Position numbers and translations under genes: made by a program. The notes beneath the pieces are model-generated. The model worked only from the letters and a program-made list of their open reading frames with translations. It was not told the origin of the DNA and searched no databases. From NCBI RefSeq assembly GCF_018977255.1, contig NW_024704877.1, positions 62,001-126,000 on the forward strand: 64,000 bases of DNA, read 5' to 3'. This stretch comes from Callorhinchus milii (lineage: Eukaryota). Shown in pieces: positions 26,321-40,555 of this stretch (its first letter is position 1; each line of letters opens with the position of its first letter).

Positions 26321-27051
26321 GTGCTGCGTTTGGTTGTCTGTTTCAGGGGGAATGAAGTTTAATATTTTATATAGTTCATTTCAGACTCTCTGAAATAAAT
26401 TCACTTTAATGTTGTCTCTCCTTTGTGAATCAGAACTAACATCCAGTGGTACAGGGAAAGGCAAGTGAGATGGACAAAACACGTCTTACATTCAAAGACC
26501 TCTCCAACAAATGTCTCTCTTCTGTTTTGCAAACGCTCAACACACAGTGATCCCTCACTGAGATGTAAAGAGTGACTATGGCAACTGATATCCGATAACA
26601 TCTCATCCGGCTGAGTGTTTCCTGCTTGAAATCAACTGTGTTTGCATGTGAGTGTGCGTGAGAAAGAGACCGGGGTGGGGGGTATTTATCCATATCCACT
26701 GTTAATAATACTAACGTTAGGAGCAGAAAATAAATTTCCCGAGCGTTTCTGTGCTATAACTGCAGGCATCGCATACACTGGAGAACAAATCACTGTGAAA
26801 TTTGAACCTCAGAGGCCCAATTTCCCTAACATCTGAGTTGTGCTCACAGTCGATACGTCTACCAGCCAGAACCCCCTCATGTAATTAATTGTGACCATCA
26901 TTTGATCACACATATTCCAAATGACTTTATTCTGAGCTATAAATTACTAAAGTTCTGTGCTGACTTTTTGTGTTTGAAAGAGTTACCATTGCAACTGCTG
27001 TCAGATTACATCTGAGCTGCTGCTTGTTTTCTGCTTGAGACAAGTTTGTGT

Positions 27052-27082
<31 letters not shown>

Positions 27083-29799
27083 CGAGAGAGACATACAGAG
27101 AAAAAAAGAGTTGGACTGACTGCGAAAGCTAAAGCGACTATCAAGAGAGTTAACATAAATTTATGTTTTCTGGCACAGGCTGCGCCCTGCAGTTTCTGGT
27201 GCTTTGCTGAAGGTTCTGGATGTGGAGCTTGAAATAAATTCCGTCCTTAATAATGATAATAATAATAATAATAATAATAATAATGCTTGTGTGTGTGAGA
27301 AAGAAAGAGACCGGGGATGGCGGGTTGGAGGGATGTCATCTTGGTAGATGGGGGTGAAGGGGTAGGAGTTTGCGTGACGAGGACTACTGGAGCGGAAGCT
27401 GCAGAGGCAGCTCATACAAAGAGATAGAAATTAATTTTGTGGACACGGTCTACACCACAACATTTCTGGTGCTTTGCAGCTGGACCTGGGTTTGTGGTTG
27501 AAGTAAACAGATTCAAATTAACACATTAGAACGAGTTATCTAAATCCACTATTATTGCAACTTGAAATATGTCAAATAGCGCAAATAATGTAGCAGCAAA
27601 GAATAAAATATGTAGCGCAAATAGAACATTTACGAGAGTTGCTGTGCTATAATTACAAGCATCTGAAACACTGTAGATCAAAGCTTTGTAGATTTAAGAC
27701 TCAGGCGATAAGGTGCTCACATGTGTGTCGGGTTTACACCCCACATATCTACCCACCAGAGCTAACTCATCGGAGCAAATATTTGATCACACATATTAGG
27801 CCTATTCTACCGGTCAGTGGCGAATTAACACGAATTCAAATGGTTATAATATTTACTTAATTTGGTTTAACATTGTTCTCACATGGCCCACGATACTTGT
27901 TACAATTAAATTGACTTTTTTATTTGTAATTTTCACTCCTTATTCTGGGATGCATTAATATTTAACAGGAACTGCACGAAAAACATATATTAAGCAGTGA
28001 TGCTCACCTCCATATCATTGTACTCATTACCCTGATCGTTGTCAATGGATTTACACTATTCGCCAAAATATGTCTTGCCTTCATTTGTCCGTACAGACAA
28101 TAACTTGAATTCGTACTCCAAGTGAAGGTCAATGGTCTCTGAATAGCAATCAACATCTCTGTAAAACAGGCTTTGTCCAGTATTATCTTAATATTCCTTG
28201 GATTTGATACAGTCCATTATCAAATCCTAGGGACTTCAATGTGCTTCACAGAATATATTGTAAATATTTAGAAAATTTTGGTAAATAAAGCAACATGTTT
28301 CTATTATTGTGCTTTACCTCTCCAGAACGTTGTGTTGGTTCGAGTAATAAAGCGTTAACTTAAGAGATCCCCAGCCCTGATTTCTTGTCGGATTTTGACA
28401 ATATTACAATGAGATAAGAAAGCCATTCTCCACTCTGCAGTACCTCGGGTGGCCACAGGGGAGCAGATATTTCCGGACTTCATTGTGGAAGATCAGATGG
28501 TAAACTGCAAGGCAGAAAACTGGCAGATAATTTACGTGCAAAGCAATTGAACTGAAGTGAAATCTAAAATAATTGTCGCTTCGTCTAGGTGAATTAATGC
28601 AGATTATTAAATTCGAAATTTTGAGGAACACCGCTTTGGTTGTTCATATAACAGCATTAACAAAATAAGATATATTTACTTTTGTCAGAAAGGTATACAA
28701 ACTTTGACGGAACCAATCCACTATCGTAAAACAATTCAAGTCAAAACACTAAAATCCAAAACAAAATCATATAACATTATACAGAGATATGAGTTATGAC
28801 GTTACTTGCCCAAAATGAAACCATGGCTGAGACAAATTCCTCTTCCTGATCCGAGAGCAATCCGTAAATATCTGGAACAGGAACATAAAAAGACTGTGGC
28901 GGAAATAGTTGGAGAATGGGATGAAACCGATTGCAACCATAATTGAAGAAAGTCTTTCATACAAGCACGGTTGTCAATAACTCAAATGGGTTGATATCTC
29001 TGTATAGCCATCGGGTGATCAAAGCCTCCATCATACACCAGGCGATCATTGCCACCATTTAGTGGATGATCATAGCCCCCTCCATGCATTGAAATGCCTC
29101 TGCGGTTTTAGCCCAGACCGACCTGCCCAAACTCCTTACACCCTATGAACTGATCCGATTCTTCCCTTCGCCTTTTCAATGTCCCCTGCCCTGCACTGCA
29201 CATCACGCCATTGGGCCTTCAGGCTATCTGCCCTCACTCTCTGGTATCACATGCCAGAAACCATTTGCCTCCCACTCTGCAAGTGACATTTGTAAAATAA
29301 TTTACACTAATCGACAAATATAGTTTGCCTTCATTTGTCCATATCAGCAATAAGTTCCTTTCAAATTTCAAGCGAATATCATTATTAATTGACACTTTCA
29401 TCCTGGCTCTGTAAGTGACGCTCTTTTACGCCTCTAGTTTAGAATATTTTGGGTTGAAGTGCAAACACAATGTTGGAAATGGTCAAATGCCATATTGTCC
29501 GAATGGCTTACAATGGTTTATATGTAGGACTGGAAACTGTTATTCCCTCGAGGGTCACCCAGCTGCAGAGATGGGGAAGAGCTTCTTTGTCAGAATTTCT
29601 GAGTTCCGAACATATGCTTATCTGAGATGCCCTCTCAGCATATATTGGGCGATTTAATAATAATAGTAATCCTGGCATTTGATATAGCGCTTTTCACGTC
29701 TTCTAGACGTCTGAAAGCGCTTCACGGAATACACTGCAAAGTGAATTCACTGAATATTTCTGGATGAAACGTGTATCATTATTCTAAGGTACGGTTCCA

Positions 29800-30420
29800 A
29801 CGTTAAGTGAGTTTAACCTTCCTTTTTCCAATGCCCCACCATATTTGTCACTCCCTCTACTGCTGTGTGTGGTACATTGCTGCACAAAACATTGTTAGAA
29901 AAAGAACACTTTACATTATATCCCGTCCAGCATTCTGAGACACTCTGTGCTGATGTTGTGACCATCTTAATCGATGATAAATGGCTATTGAATGCAGAAA
30001 CAAATACAATACCCTGCACTGCTGCCTTGCCGGCTTTTGAGAACACAACAGTCAGACAAGAAAGCCATTCTCCAGCCTGCAATACCTTGGTTGGCCACAG
30101 AAAGAAAAGCTCTCTGCTCCGCCTTCTAGGTTCTGTCCTTTCCTAGTTTCACTCTTACCTATTCTAGCATTACTTTTTAGGCATTTAAATGGCTCCTTCT
30201 GCTGTTTCCAAACATACACGAGCGGTGCTCTTCAGAAATTCATCCTGGGGCCTTTCCTCTTCACTATCTAAAAATTCCCACTGAGGAATATAATTCACGG
30301 ACATGAGGTTTACCTCCACAATACTAACGACACACAACTGCCTTTGTCAGCTCCACCATTGAACTACAACTGCTGTTTTGACCGAATGATTATCAGCCAT
30401 TAAGTACTGCAACTTCTGGC
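29800..30420 (+). mobile_element. Decayed L2/CR1-clade reverse transcriptase fragment; related decayed copies at ~28100-28600 and ~32700-33200
   Basis: Remnants of the HSTET, AAFDTVDH, GVPQGSILGPxLF and YADDTQL motifs (catcctggggcctttcctcttcac; aacgacacacaactg). The aagccattctcca segment is shared by the three copies. Confidence 0.65.
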
Positions 30421-30479
30421 AGTTTATTTAATGTATATTTACCACAAAAAGATTGCTATTGTACAATTGGTTTTGCTTC

Positions 30480-31660
30480 TGTCTGAAAAGGGTCGGGTCT
30501 TCGTGTACAAAAACAGAGCGAGCTCTCTGATTATCAGGACTGGTCTCTTTGCAACAGGTCTGGTATCTGTATAAAAGGACTGACCTCTTATAGCAGCTCT
30601 ATCGCTATTTCTATTATGTTTCAGGTTCCAGCATCTGCAGGTATTGTGTTTGGTTCTGGTCTCTGTATAACTTGCCTCGTCCATGGATAACAGGCCTGTT
30701 CTCTGATAGTAGGCCTGGTCTTTGTATAACAAGCCTGGTTGCTGTAAAAAAAGGTCTGTTCTCTGCATAGTGGAGTCCTGTTGCTCAGTGGTTAGAGCAC
30801 TCGCTTTGCAAGCGAGAGACCCGAGTTCAATTCCAGACAGGCCGAAACCTTGGGCAAGTTTCCTTACTCCATACACAGCCTAATAATAATCCCTCCAAAA
30901 GCCATAAACAATAATAAAACTAGTCATTTTCAATCTACGACTGTTTGTGGGACATTGCTGTGCGCAATTGGCTGCCGCGTTTGCCCACAAATATACAGTC
31001 AATTCACTTTACAGTGTGTTTCGTGAAGCGCTATATCAAATGCAAGGATTATTATTATTATTATTATTATTATTATAACTGAATTTTTCTCTGCATGATA
31101 GGCCTGATTACTCTATAACTGGCTGATTATCTACACAACAGGCCTGATCTCTGCAAAACAACCCTGGCCTCTGTATAAATTGTTTCGTCCCTGTAAAACC
31201 AGACTCGTCCCTATATAGCACACATTTTCTCTGAATCACAGGTTGGGTTAATATGTAACAGACCTGTTCTTTGTATAACAGACATGGTCACAGTGTAACA
31301 GGCCTGGTCTCTATATAACATGCCTAGTTTCTGCTTCAAAGGCCTGGTCTATATATAACAGGCCTGGTCTCTTTACAGCAGGTCTAGTGTCTGTATAACA
31401 GGCCTCGTCTCTGTCTAACAGATCTGTTCTCTCTAAAGCCGATCCGTTATCTTTTTATCAAGCTTGGTTTCTGTTTATCAGGCCTGTTTGTGTATAGCAG
31501 GCCGTGTCTCTTATAACAGGTCTTATCTCCGTATTACAGGGCCTAGTTCCGTAGAACACACCTGGTTCTGTATAGTAGGCCTTGTGTCTGTATTACAGGC
31601 CTTGTCTCTGTATAACAGGCCTGATCTACATACAACAAGCTTGGTCTCTGTATAGTAGAC
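30480..31660. repeat. Degenerate ~20-bp minisatellite (ataacaggcctggtctctgt) interrupted by a SINE
   Basis: The aacaggcctg core recurs on both sides of 30771-31076. Confidence 0.8.
30771..31076 (+). mobile_element. Near full-length tRNA-derived SINE
   Basis: gtggagtcctgttgctcagtggttagagcactcgctttgcaagcgagagacccgagttcaattcc... ending in (ATT)n. Further partial copies occur throughout 33-62 kb. Confidence 0.9.
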
Positions 31661-33204
31661 CTGTTCTAGCTATTCTACTAATAATCGTTGGGTTTGATTC
31701 AGTGCATTATCACTTCTTTGGGACATCTCAAGTTGCTTCACAGAATAAACTTTAAAATGAATTGATTGCATATTATTGTGGGGAATATGCGGCACCAAAT
31801 TTCGTAGAGCAGCATCCCACAAACATTTCTTGATTGAGTGACCACATTATTATTTTTTACAAGAACATTTCTTGAAGGTATAAATAGCCCCAAACATGAG
31901 AAAAACTCAGAAACGTTTTCACACACACAACAGAATCACTTATACATGTATAAATTTGATACTCGTGTACAGTTAATCAGTCATGAAAATGGATTATCGG
32001 GTTCCTGTTTGTATGCAGATTCATAGACTCACTGAAATTAATGCAGATCAATAGTCTTACAAATTACCAACAACCAAAACATTCAATAGTTTCATGCTTC
32101 CAGTAGATGCACTGACACAGTCATTCGCAAATCCAACTGAAGTATATAGTACCATTCCTCACCATTGTAGCACAATACATTACATATCTGAATACATTGT
32201 TGAAAGGATCTGTACAACTTATTATGCAGATTGACGTTATTTCAACGATACCTCATTCAAAAGTTTTGTTTGAGAAAACTGGATAAATAAATCCTGTATG
32301 TCAGTCACACGTAAATAGGTTCAGGCTTTGTGTATTATTAACTGATGGGATGTGTTAAAAGGAAATCATGAATCCAAGAAAAATCCTGGACGTGATGGAT
32401 AACAGAAATTTCCAAAGGACATGTCCCAGCCTTACTCAGTGGAATCAATCTCACCTCTGGGTCAGCAGTTTGTTGGTTCAAGCCCATATTGGGACATGGA
32501 ATCACATTGCCTTAACTAGATTTCTAATGCAGTGATGGGGCTGTGTTACATCGTTGGAGGTGCGGACCTTTGCATGAAACGTTCAACACAGATCTGGCTG
32601 ACTGTTCAGATGGAAGTTAAATGTCCCATGGCACTTAACTATTCCCAATGTGAAGCAACATCCCAGAAATTTCTGAATAAAAAACGAGAGTGCTACTGAG
32701 CTCCTGAGACAGACTGACACAGATTCACTTTATTCCCTTTCAGTACTACTCTTGCGTCAATCAGTAAGCAATCTTTTTCAAAGCTGATAATAGAAATTCC
32801 ATTGTTTATCCATAGATGTGTATACAATAGAAATATTTGGAGTATATTCTGATTAATTATGAATCCGGAAATCAATCTTGAATGAAATACATCTTTGCAA
32901 AATTGTGGTAAATAAAGCAACATGTTCCACTCTTGTGCCTTATCTGTCCAGAACTTTGTGTTGCTTTGAGTAATAAAAAGTTAAATTTTGAGTTTCCCAG
33001 CCCTGCTATCATGTCGGGTTTTGAGAACATTACGATCAGATAAGGAAGCCATTCTCCAGTCTGCAATATTTCTGTTGTCCACAGGTGGAGCAGATCTTTT
33101 TGTCTTTGAAAGTGAAAGATCAGCTGTTGAACTGCAAGAGAGGAAATTGTCAGATGCTGTTTGTGCAAATGAATTTAATTGATGTGAAATCGGAAATTTT
33201 CAAT

Positions 33205-33920
33205 TCGTTCATGCGAATCAAACGAGATTGACCGAAATCGGCTTCAGGGTTGGAGTAACCTTTGCAGCTTTGCTCAGTCGGTACCAGAAGAATCAATAGC
33301 CACTCAGCGATGTAAATTAGTTACTGTCCAAAGCCACTTGTCCCCCTTCTGTCTTGGTCACTGAAGGCACCGTATGGGTAATGCAATCTCCACTGGTCAG
33401 ACCGGAAAAAAAGTTTAAAATAAAAAACAGATTTAATCAATAATTAATACTGACATTTTATACAGCGCCTTACGAAGTCTTCCAGACATCCCATAGAGCT
33501 TCACAAAATACACTGTAAAGTGAGTTGAATACATTTTGCATTCGAAACGCTGCAGCCAATTGCGCAAACCAGTGTCTCACAAACAAGTCATGGATTAAGT
33601 GATCAATTTATCATGAATTGTTTTTGAAGGCATTATTGAACCTGAAATGCGAACCGCCTTTTTAGTCGATAGAATAACAATCAGGTTCATTATGCTGTGG
33701 GTGGAGTGAGGAAACTTGCCCAATATTTTGCCCTACAGGGAATCAAGTTGGGTCTCTCGCTTGCGGGGTGTGCGCTCTGAACACTGAGCTACATGACTCC
33801 ACTGATGAAAGCTGTGCACTCAATGTTGAACATTGCCCGAAACTTTGGCGATTGGCCTTATTTGATATCATTTAATATCATTAAATCAGCGAGGGCCAAC
33901 AGGATCATAATTCCTCCCAT
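33205..33920 (-). pseudogene. Truncated TCR V pseudogene (5' half) with a decayed leader
   Basis: GLTSGDCITHTVPSVTKTEGGQVALDSN*...FFWYR at 33205-33402; acceptor mutated to CCG; MGGIMILLALA-like leader at ~33875-33920. Confidence 0.65.
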
Positions 33921-34823
33921 CGTCTCAGTTCTAACTGCAGATGCCCATTGATTACCTGTGAGGTATTTGAGGTGATTAGCTCCAGCCCAGGCAGTGATAA
34001 CGTGTGCTTTCATTTATGTCGTTCAAAAGGTAAAGTGCGAAACGTGCATGTGTTGAGAAACACATTCCAATTTCCAATGAATTATTTGTATTTGACTGGA
34101 AAAAGAGAACCACAGGATCGTGGATTATAACAGAAGAGAAGGAGGCCATTCGGCCCATCGTTTCTGATCTATGCCATCAAAGATTTTGTTGCGTAATAGT
34201 TCCTTCAAATAAAAATAAAAATAATAATTGGTCACTGTGCTTTTTTGTGGTACAATGCTGAGCCTAATTGGCTGTCGAAATTCGCCCGGAAAATATACAG
34301 TCGATTCGCTTGACTGTGTATTCTGTGAAGCACTTTGAGACACCTCGAAGTCGTGATCAGGTGCTATATGAAATGCAAGAATTACGTAATTATTAAATAT
34401 ATTGAGTTCTGTTACTATTTTAGACTTGTCGTTAAGATCTGACCCGTGAAGATAATGTGAAAGAGCTAAGCAATCATTCCCACTGCTCCACTCTTTCCCA
34501 ATAGCCCTGCATTTAGTTTTTTTTCCTGAGTGAGTACCCGTCCATTTCCCTTTGGAAAGCTGTTATGGAATCTGGTTCCACCAAATTTTCAGAGAGAGAA
34601 TTCAAAATCGTCAAATATCTCTGGTTTAAAGATGGTCTCCTTATGTACCATCTGGTCCTGTGGCCAACTATCTTCAATCTGCAGAGCAAGTGCTGTACAT
34701 GTCGCGACAGACAATTATGTGAAACTTCAGCAGACAGATTGACTTGTTGTGAACGTGGTTCCTGTGAGACAGACTTCCTGGAAACAGACTGCTCGCCTCA
34801 GCGCCACCTCACCAATCCAGGAT

Positions 34824-35656
34824 AGTTTTTGTACGAGGCTGTGACCTGTTCCCATCACTGTGGGGCTGAACACACAGTAATACACAGCGGAGTCAGACAG
34901 CTGTAACTGGGAGATGGTTAATCTGCTGGATTTTCTCGAGGTCTGCAGCTCATCCGAGAAACGAGATTTAGCAAAATTTTCTTTATGTTCATAAGTATTT
35001 GTACACCTCTGTAGGATATACTCGGGTTGTGCCACTGAGAGATGTCGGTACCAGTATAAGCAATAGACGCTCAGTGATGTATGATAAATGCTGTCCAAAA
35101 TCACTTATCCTCCTTCTGTCACAGTCACTGAAGTTTCCGACTGAGCAACAGAATCTCCGCGGGTCAGACCTGAAACTCAAGCGAAAAATAAAAATGAACA
35201 GAATTTACAAAACATCTTGCATTTGATATTCTTATGTCTTCTAGACGTTTCACAACACTTCACAGAATATACTGTGAATTGAATTGAATGTATATTTTGT
35301 GAAAAAAGCCTGACAGCAAAGTAGTGTTCCACAAACAGCACAGGTTAAAATACTAATTTATTATTTTTTTCTTGGAAGAATTATTCCACCTGATTAAACG
35401 ATCCACCAATTGGCTGACAAACGGTTCGTATAATTTCCGAGTGGAGTAATTCAAGAAGCCCAAGGTTTCGCCCTGAGGGGAATCGAACTCTGATCTCTCG
35501 CTTGCGAGGTGAGCGCACTATATGCTGATCCACAAGATTCCACCAATAAAAGCCATGCAATCAATTTTGAACATTGGCTGAAAGTTTAGCTATTTGCCTT
35601 AATTGATCACCTGGTAGAAAAACAGCCAGAATCACCCAGATCACAATTCCCCCCAT
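34824..35656 (-). pseudogene. TCR alpha/delta V pseudogene with leader and intact 23-RSS
   Basis: Leader 35611-35656 (MGGIVIWVILAVFLP). V exon 34863-35169 has an in-frame TAA and has lost the first Cys; WYR and DSAVYYC are retained. RSS is CACAGTG-23-ACAAAAACT (34824-34862). Confidence 0.88.
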
Positions 35657-36688
35657 CGTCTGAGCTCTATCTGCAGATGCCCATTGATTACTTGTAGGAT
35701 ATTTGAGACGATTGGCTCCAGCCCCAGCAGTCACTACGTGTGCTGTCGCCCAATTGGTAAAGTGGAGAAGGTCCTCGTGATCAGAAACACTTTGCAATCA
35801 ATTATACTTTTGTGACTCAAACCATAGAACTATAGGATCGTGGATTATAGCAGAACAGAAGGAGGCTATTCGCTCCATTGTGACTGTTTTGACTCTATGA
35901 AAGAGCTAAATATTCAGTCCCACTCTACAAGCTTTGCCCGCCCGCCATGCAATGTTTCTTTCCCAGTTCAGTCCAGCCCATTAACTTGCAGTCCAATCCA
36001 CTTTTGAAAGCTACTGTCGAATCTGTTGACACCACATTTTCACAATGCGCCTTCTAAACCTGAACAAGCAGATTTATTTTAAAAAGTCTGTTCTTCTCCC
36101 CTCTGGTTCTTTTGCCAATTATCTTCAATCTGCGAAATAAGTAACTAATTCAGAAGTTGTAGCAGATTAATATGGAAACGTAGTGGGACGTATGATAATT
36201 GTTAATTGTTAGCAATGAAATTCATTGCACGATTAAATTATCTTTCACACCCAAACATCAATGACCACACAATATATCACACAAATGTGCACAGATAACA
36301 TAAACTGAAAAAAATGGCCCTGAATCTGTGGACAATACATCAAGCATACCATGAAATTGTAACACCTCAAATCATGATGCGTGATATAACGTGATGTGTA
36401 GTGACAGTTACAATCAGTCAACTGCCAGTCAGTTCACTTTACAGCAGATTCTGTGAATCGCTTTGGGGCGTCTCGAATACATGATAAGGAGTTGTATTAA
36501 ATGCAAGTATTAATAATATTTCTTGCACTCTTTCAGTACATGAACCATTCTTTGACTGTTTCCTTGTGGTGGGGATACGTCACATGTTTCCTCCGAGAGA
36601 TACAGCAGCAAAGCCATAATCTGTGAAATAGGTCAACTGTCAGGACTAACATCGGTGCTGAGATTGATCCCTTTCGCTCCCATAAGGA

Positions 36689-37028
36689 GGTTTATGTACA
36701 GTGGTGTCGTCTGACAGTGTGTGATGGCACAATGTGTGGCCGTGTCAGGTAGAGACACCGGGAGCACATTTCCAGTGGATCTCTCCCTCCTCGTATCCAG
36801 ATTAGTGGTGAAACATTGTGTTGCAAATTCAGCACCGAAAGTTTCCCCGTTAAAATCATGCCACTGTGTGAGATTCCCTCAGATGAGACTTCCCTGGATA
36901 CTGATGGGACCAGAATATCAAAACATTGGTGAAATCAGCAGACAAACTGCTGCTCAGGGTGATAGTCTGGCCTTCAGTAACAGATACTTCTACATGTGAT
37001 GGTTTAACGCTGACTCTGATCGCTGCTC
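36689..37028 (-). pseudogene. TCR V pseudogene (VSVKPS family) with partly deleted heptamer
   Basis: VSVKPSHVEVSVTEGQTITLSS...LIFWSHQYPG, a stop, then HCAIT. The nonamer ACATAAACC is retained but the heptamer region is shorter than in the paralog at 40.6 kb. Confidence 0.8.
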
Positions 37029-38332
37029 CTACAGCCAGAGAGAACACGTTAATCATGAGACACAAAGGCCGGTGTACATTCCCATACTGTTGTAATGGTG
37101 AGGGAGAATGACTTACACATCAGGACCAACAATAATGAATTCAACAGCTTCAGCTCCATCTATCCAAGTGGGCATCTAAACGGTTTGAACGGAGCTTGGG
37201 AGATAAAAGTTTGTGTCTTGAATTGGGCATGAAAGCAGATGTGGAAGCAACAGTCAAAACAGCAGTGATGGGTACTCCTCTGCGTCAGAAGATCGTGTAC
37301 AGAGGACGCATTTACGGAACAGGGCCTTGTATCTGAAAGGTGAAGCTCTTATGCAATGCTGGTAGCTTATCGAAATGTGGATTCCTGGTGCTTTATTGCT
37401 CGAAAATCACTTGCAAGCGGGAGACATGGGTTCCATTCCTGGCATGGCGAAATGCTGGGGAAGAATCCTTGCTCCATTCACACTCCATTGTATTTTTTTT
37501 ATAGATTGGTCATTCACTTCATTCATGTTTGTAGGAACTTAGTCTGTCCAAATTGTCTTTTTCCATCTCATCACAAAGTTAACTTACTTTAAACTGTTTC
37601 ATGTGTAGAGCTTTGGGATGTTTCCTGCTGTGAAGCACGTTATAACAAAGCGAATTGCTTAATGATAGAAAGAACAAAGGAATTGTTTAGTGAACATCGT
37701 TTCTATAGGTGAGCTTTTAGTGCAATCACAAACCGTAAAATGTCGATTAAACAGTTATCAAAACCTGCTGAATTTTGTCGAAAGCCATTCCCAAATCAAG
37801 GGGTGAACATCACAGCAGCTTTTTGAGGCTGGATTTGAAAAAGAGTTTAGGAGCTGGGGGTGGGATTGTGGGAAATGCATTGTGGAAAGTTTGATGGAGG
37901 GTGTTCCAGAGTTTCTAGCGTTCAGTATAAGTAAAATATACTTTAAATGACTTGATGTAAACTCAACTAGGTGTAAGCTACGGCTGCATATGGGAGAGGG
38001 CTTACACCTTAGAGTTGGTAAGGCGAGTGTTTCTCCTTCTCCGCTGAAGCACTCCGTGAAATTTAATGCAACAACAGACATGATTTATTTTCATTTATTT
38101 TGTAAATCGAACTACATCAATAACAGCTGGAACTGTAACTACGCATTGATCGTTGTCTGCCTTTATTGTGCCAGATAATGATGTGACCGTTGAGCTGACA
38201 AGTTGATGTGAGGTGGTTGTGGTTTCCTGAGTCTGGATACAGACAAATCTGCTCCCCGCAGTACCTAAAGGCCTGACCAAGGTTCTGCCCACACTTCAAC
38301 AGAGAGATCATTCCTATGTGCAAAGCGAAGGC

Positions 38333-38684
38333 AGTTTTTGTACGAGACTTGCAGTGCAGTCTAACACTGTGGTGGGGTTAAAGGCACAGTAATACACAGC
38401 GCTGTCAGACACCACCAGCAAAGAGATGGATAAACTGGTGGATGAAATGGATTTGTGCAGCTGAGCAGAGAAACGATTTCCAAATCCTGTTCCTCTGTAC
38501 TGATTTTCATTCCCAGAATATCTCCGAAGTATATACTCTGGCTGCTTGTCTGGGTAATGTCGGTACCAGGAGAGATAGTAACGGCTTACTGTAGTGGAAT
38601 AAGTACATTCAAAACTCGCAGTTTCTCCTTTGCTCTTAACCATCGTGGCAGCTTTCTGACTGACAGAATCACCATCACAGAGTT
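38333..38684 (-). CDS. TCR alpha/delta V exon, open frame with 23-RSS; no leader exon found
   Basis: ELCDGDSVSQK...FECTYS...WYRHYPDKQPEYIL...DSAVYYCAFNP at 38372-38684; RSS CACAGTG-23-ACAAAAACT (38333-38371). Confidence 0.88.
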
Positions 38685-39439
38685 CTGTAATGAACATGGA
38701 ATATATTATTCTTCACTGTTTGCTTGAATTATTTTTCTCAGCTGTTATCCTGATGAGAAAGGTGCTATACACGTGTAATTTGCTAATAATGAAATAATAA
38801 TAATCAAATTATTTTACATAGGACGTTATCGTCTCACTCTTCGCTTATAATTTTAATGCAACCTTCGCAACGTCATATGACGGTGAACCAATAATTCTTC
38901 ACAAACTGTCATTCCTGCCAGCCGTTGCTCCCGTTTCTTAACGGAAAATAAAAGAGTAATTTGCAATCATTTTACGGAAATTCCCATGCAATCATTAACT
39001 TCCACGTGCACAGACAAGTCAGTACCTCAGTCGAATAACAATAACAGTCCTTTCATTTGATAAAGCACGTGTCAGAGATGACTTAAAGAGCTTCACAGAA
39101 AATATTATAAATGGAATTCATCGTGCGTTTGGCGTCCGCCAAGAATGGAGTATTTTTTATCTTTTATTTGCAGGATTTATTACCCCCCGGAAAAGTGATA
39201 CAAAACACTGGAAGGCCGCCGGATATTCTTGTGTCTTCCAAACGCTCCTCGACTTCAAAATACTCCACTACAAATTCCCTGGTGGATTAAAAATGACAAT
39301 TTGTAAATGCTTAAATTTAGCTGGCAGACATGTTTGATTTGTTGGAAATTAACAGTAAATTGTCGCACTCTGAAGGCCAATGTGACACAGTTCAGCTCAG
39401 CTTCATATTTGATGCCAAACTTGAAGTAAAGCAATGACT

Positions 39440-39680
39440 ATGATAATAATGTGTTGACGTTCCCAGTCACTTATATCACCTGAAGCGCAGAGTAGAGTAA
39501 CACACCCCGCAGTCATTCACTCTGAGGGAACATATACTGAAGCCTCCCCCCCTCCCACACACTAAATCCACGCCTCACAATTATATTAATCTGTTCTGAG
39601 CCCCAAAGGGCAATTTATCTTGGTAACAGTTTACATTACAACACAGAATTGAACCAACATTGCCATTGGCAATTGTACAT
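39440..39680 (-). pseudogene. Relic V 3' end with degenerate RSS (family copy 1)
   Basis: Paralog of the 52.6, 54.6 and 56.9 kb blocks; xDCGVCYS-like remnant followed by CAGGTG-~22-ACACATTAT. Confidence 0.6.
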
Positions 39681-40555
39681 TTTTGAATTTGCGTACTATT
39701 TACCCAGCAATAAATAGGAATCCGTTGTTGTTCGATTGGCGAATCACTTTCCGGGTTAATAAACCCTCCGAAATGTGTTGGTCACTGCTATCCGCCAATG
39801 GACTAACAGATGAGTTCCTACTTACTGCTTTTTGAACAGAAGTGTGTGGAATAAGTAAACTTGCCCATCGTTTCGCCCCACCGTGAATCGAACCCAGGTC
39901 TCTAACTGGCGAGGTGAATGTTTTAACCACTGAGCTACTGGACGTCGCAGATATAAGCTTTGAATCAATATTGGTCATTGTTTGGAATATTGGCACATTG
40001 AAATACAGTAAATTTGGTTGTCAGTCTGAAACTTTAGGAAACCCATCGCCAAGCTATAGAGACTCCAAATATCGCTACCTCCCATCTCCTCATGGAAATC
40101 ACTGAAATAGTCTTTTTGAATGGAATGAGCATTCTCCTCCCTTATGAAACTATGCAGTTTAGCTAAATCCGTCAATGGTTAGCCGAAAGATGGCGAGAGC
40201 CAAGGCTTGAGGACACCACATTACGCTTTGGGGTAACTGTTGCTGTATAACCAGCTAATGCCACATAGTTTCCCGTTCACAACGCCAATTCGCAGCAACT
40301 TCTTTTAGCAGTATATTTTGTGAAGCCGTTTGAGACATATCGAAGTCGCGATAAGGCGCTGCATGAAATGTAAGATTCACTATTAATTCGTTCACTCTTT
40401 CCCTACACGAACTGTTCCATCACATTTTGCTTGTGGTTGGCAATCAGCCGCATGTTTCCTCTGAGAGAAACAGGAGTAAAGTAAAAAATGTGAATTAGGT
40501 CAACTGTCAGCATTAACATCTGTGCTGAGATGAGACCCTTTCTCTCCTCTTTGGA

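Noticed and set aside
26436-26810. Isolated CACAGTG/CACTGTG heptamers and a short signal-peptide-like ORF
   Set aside because: No nonamer at 12/23 spacing, no V, D or J coding features, and no recognisable protein.
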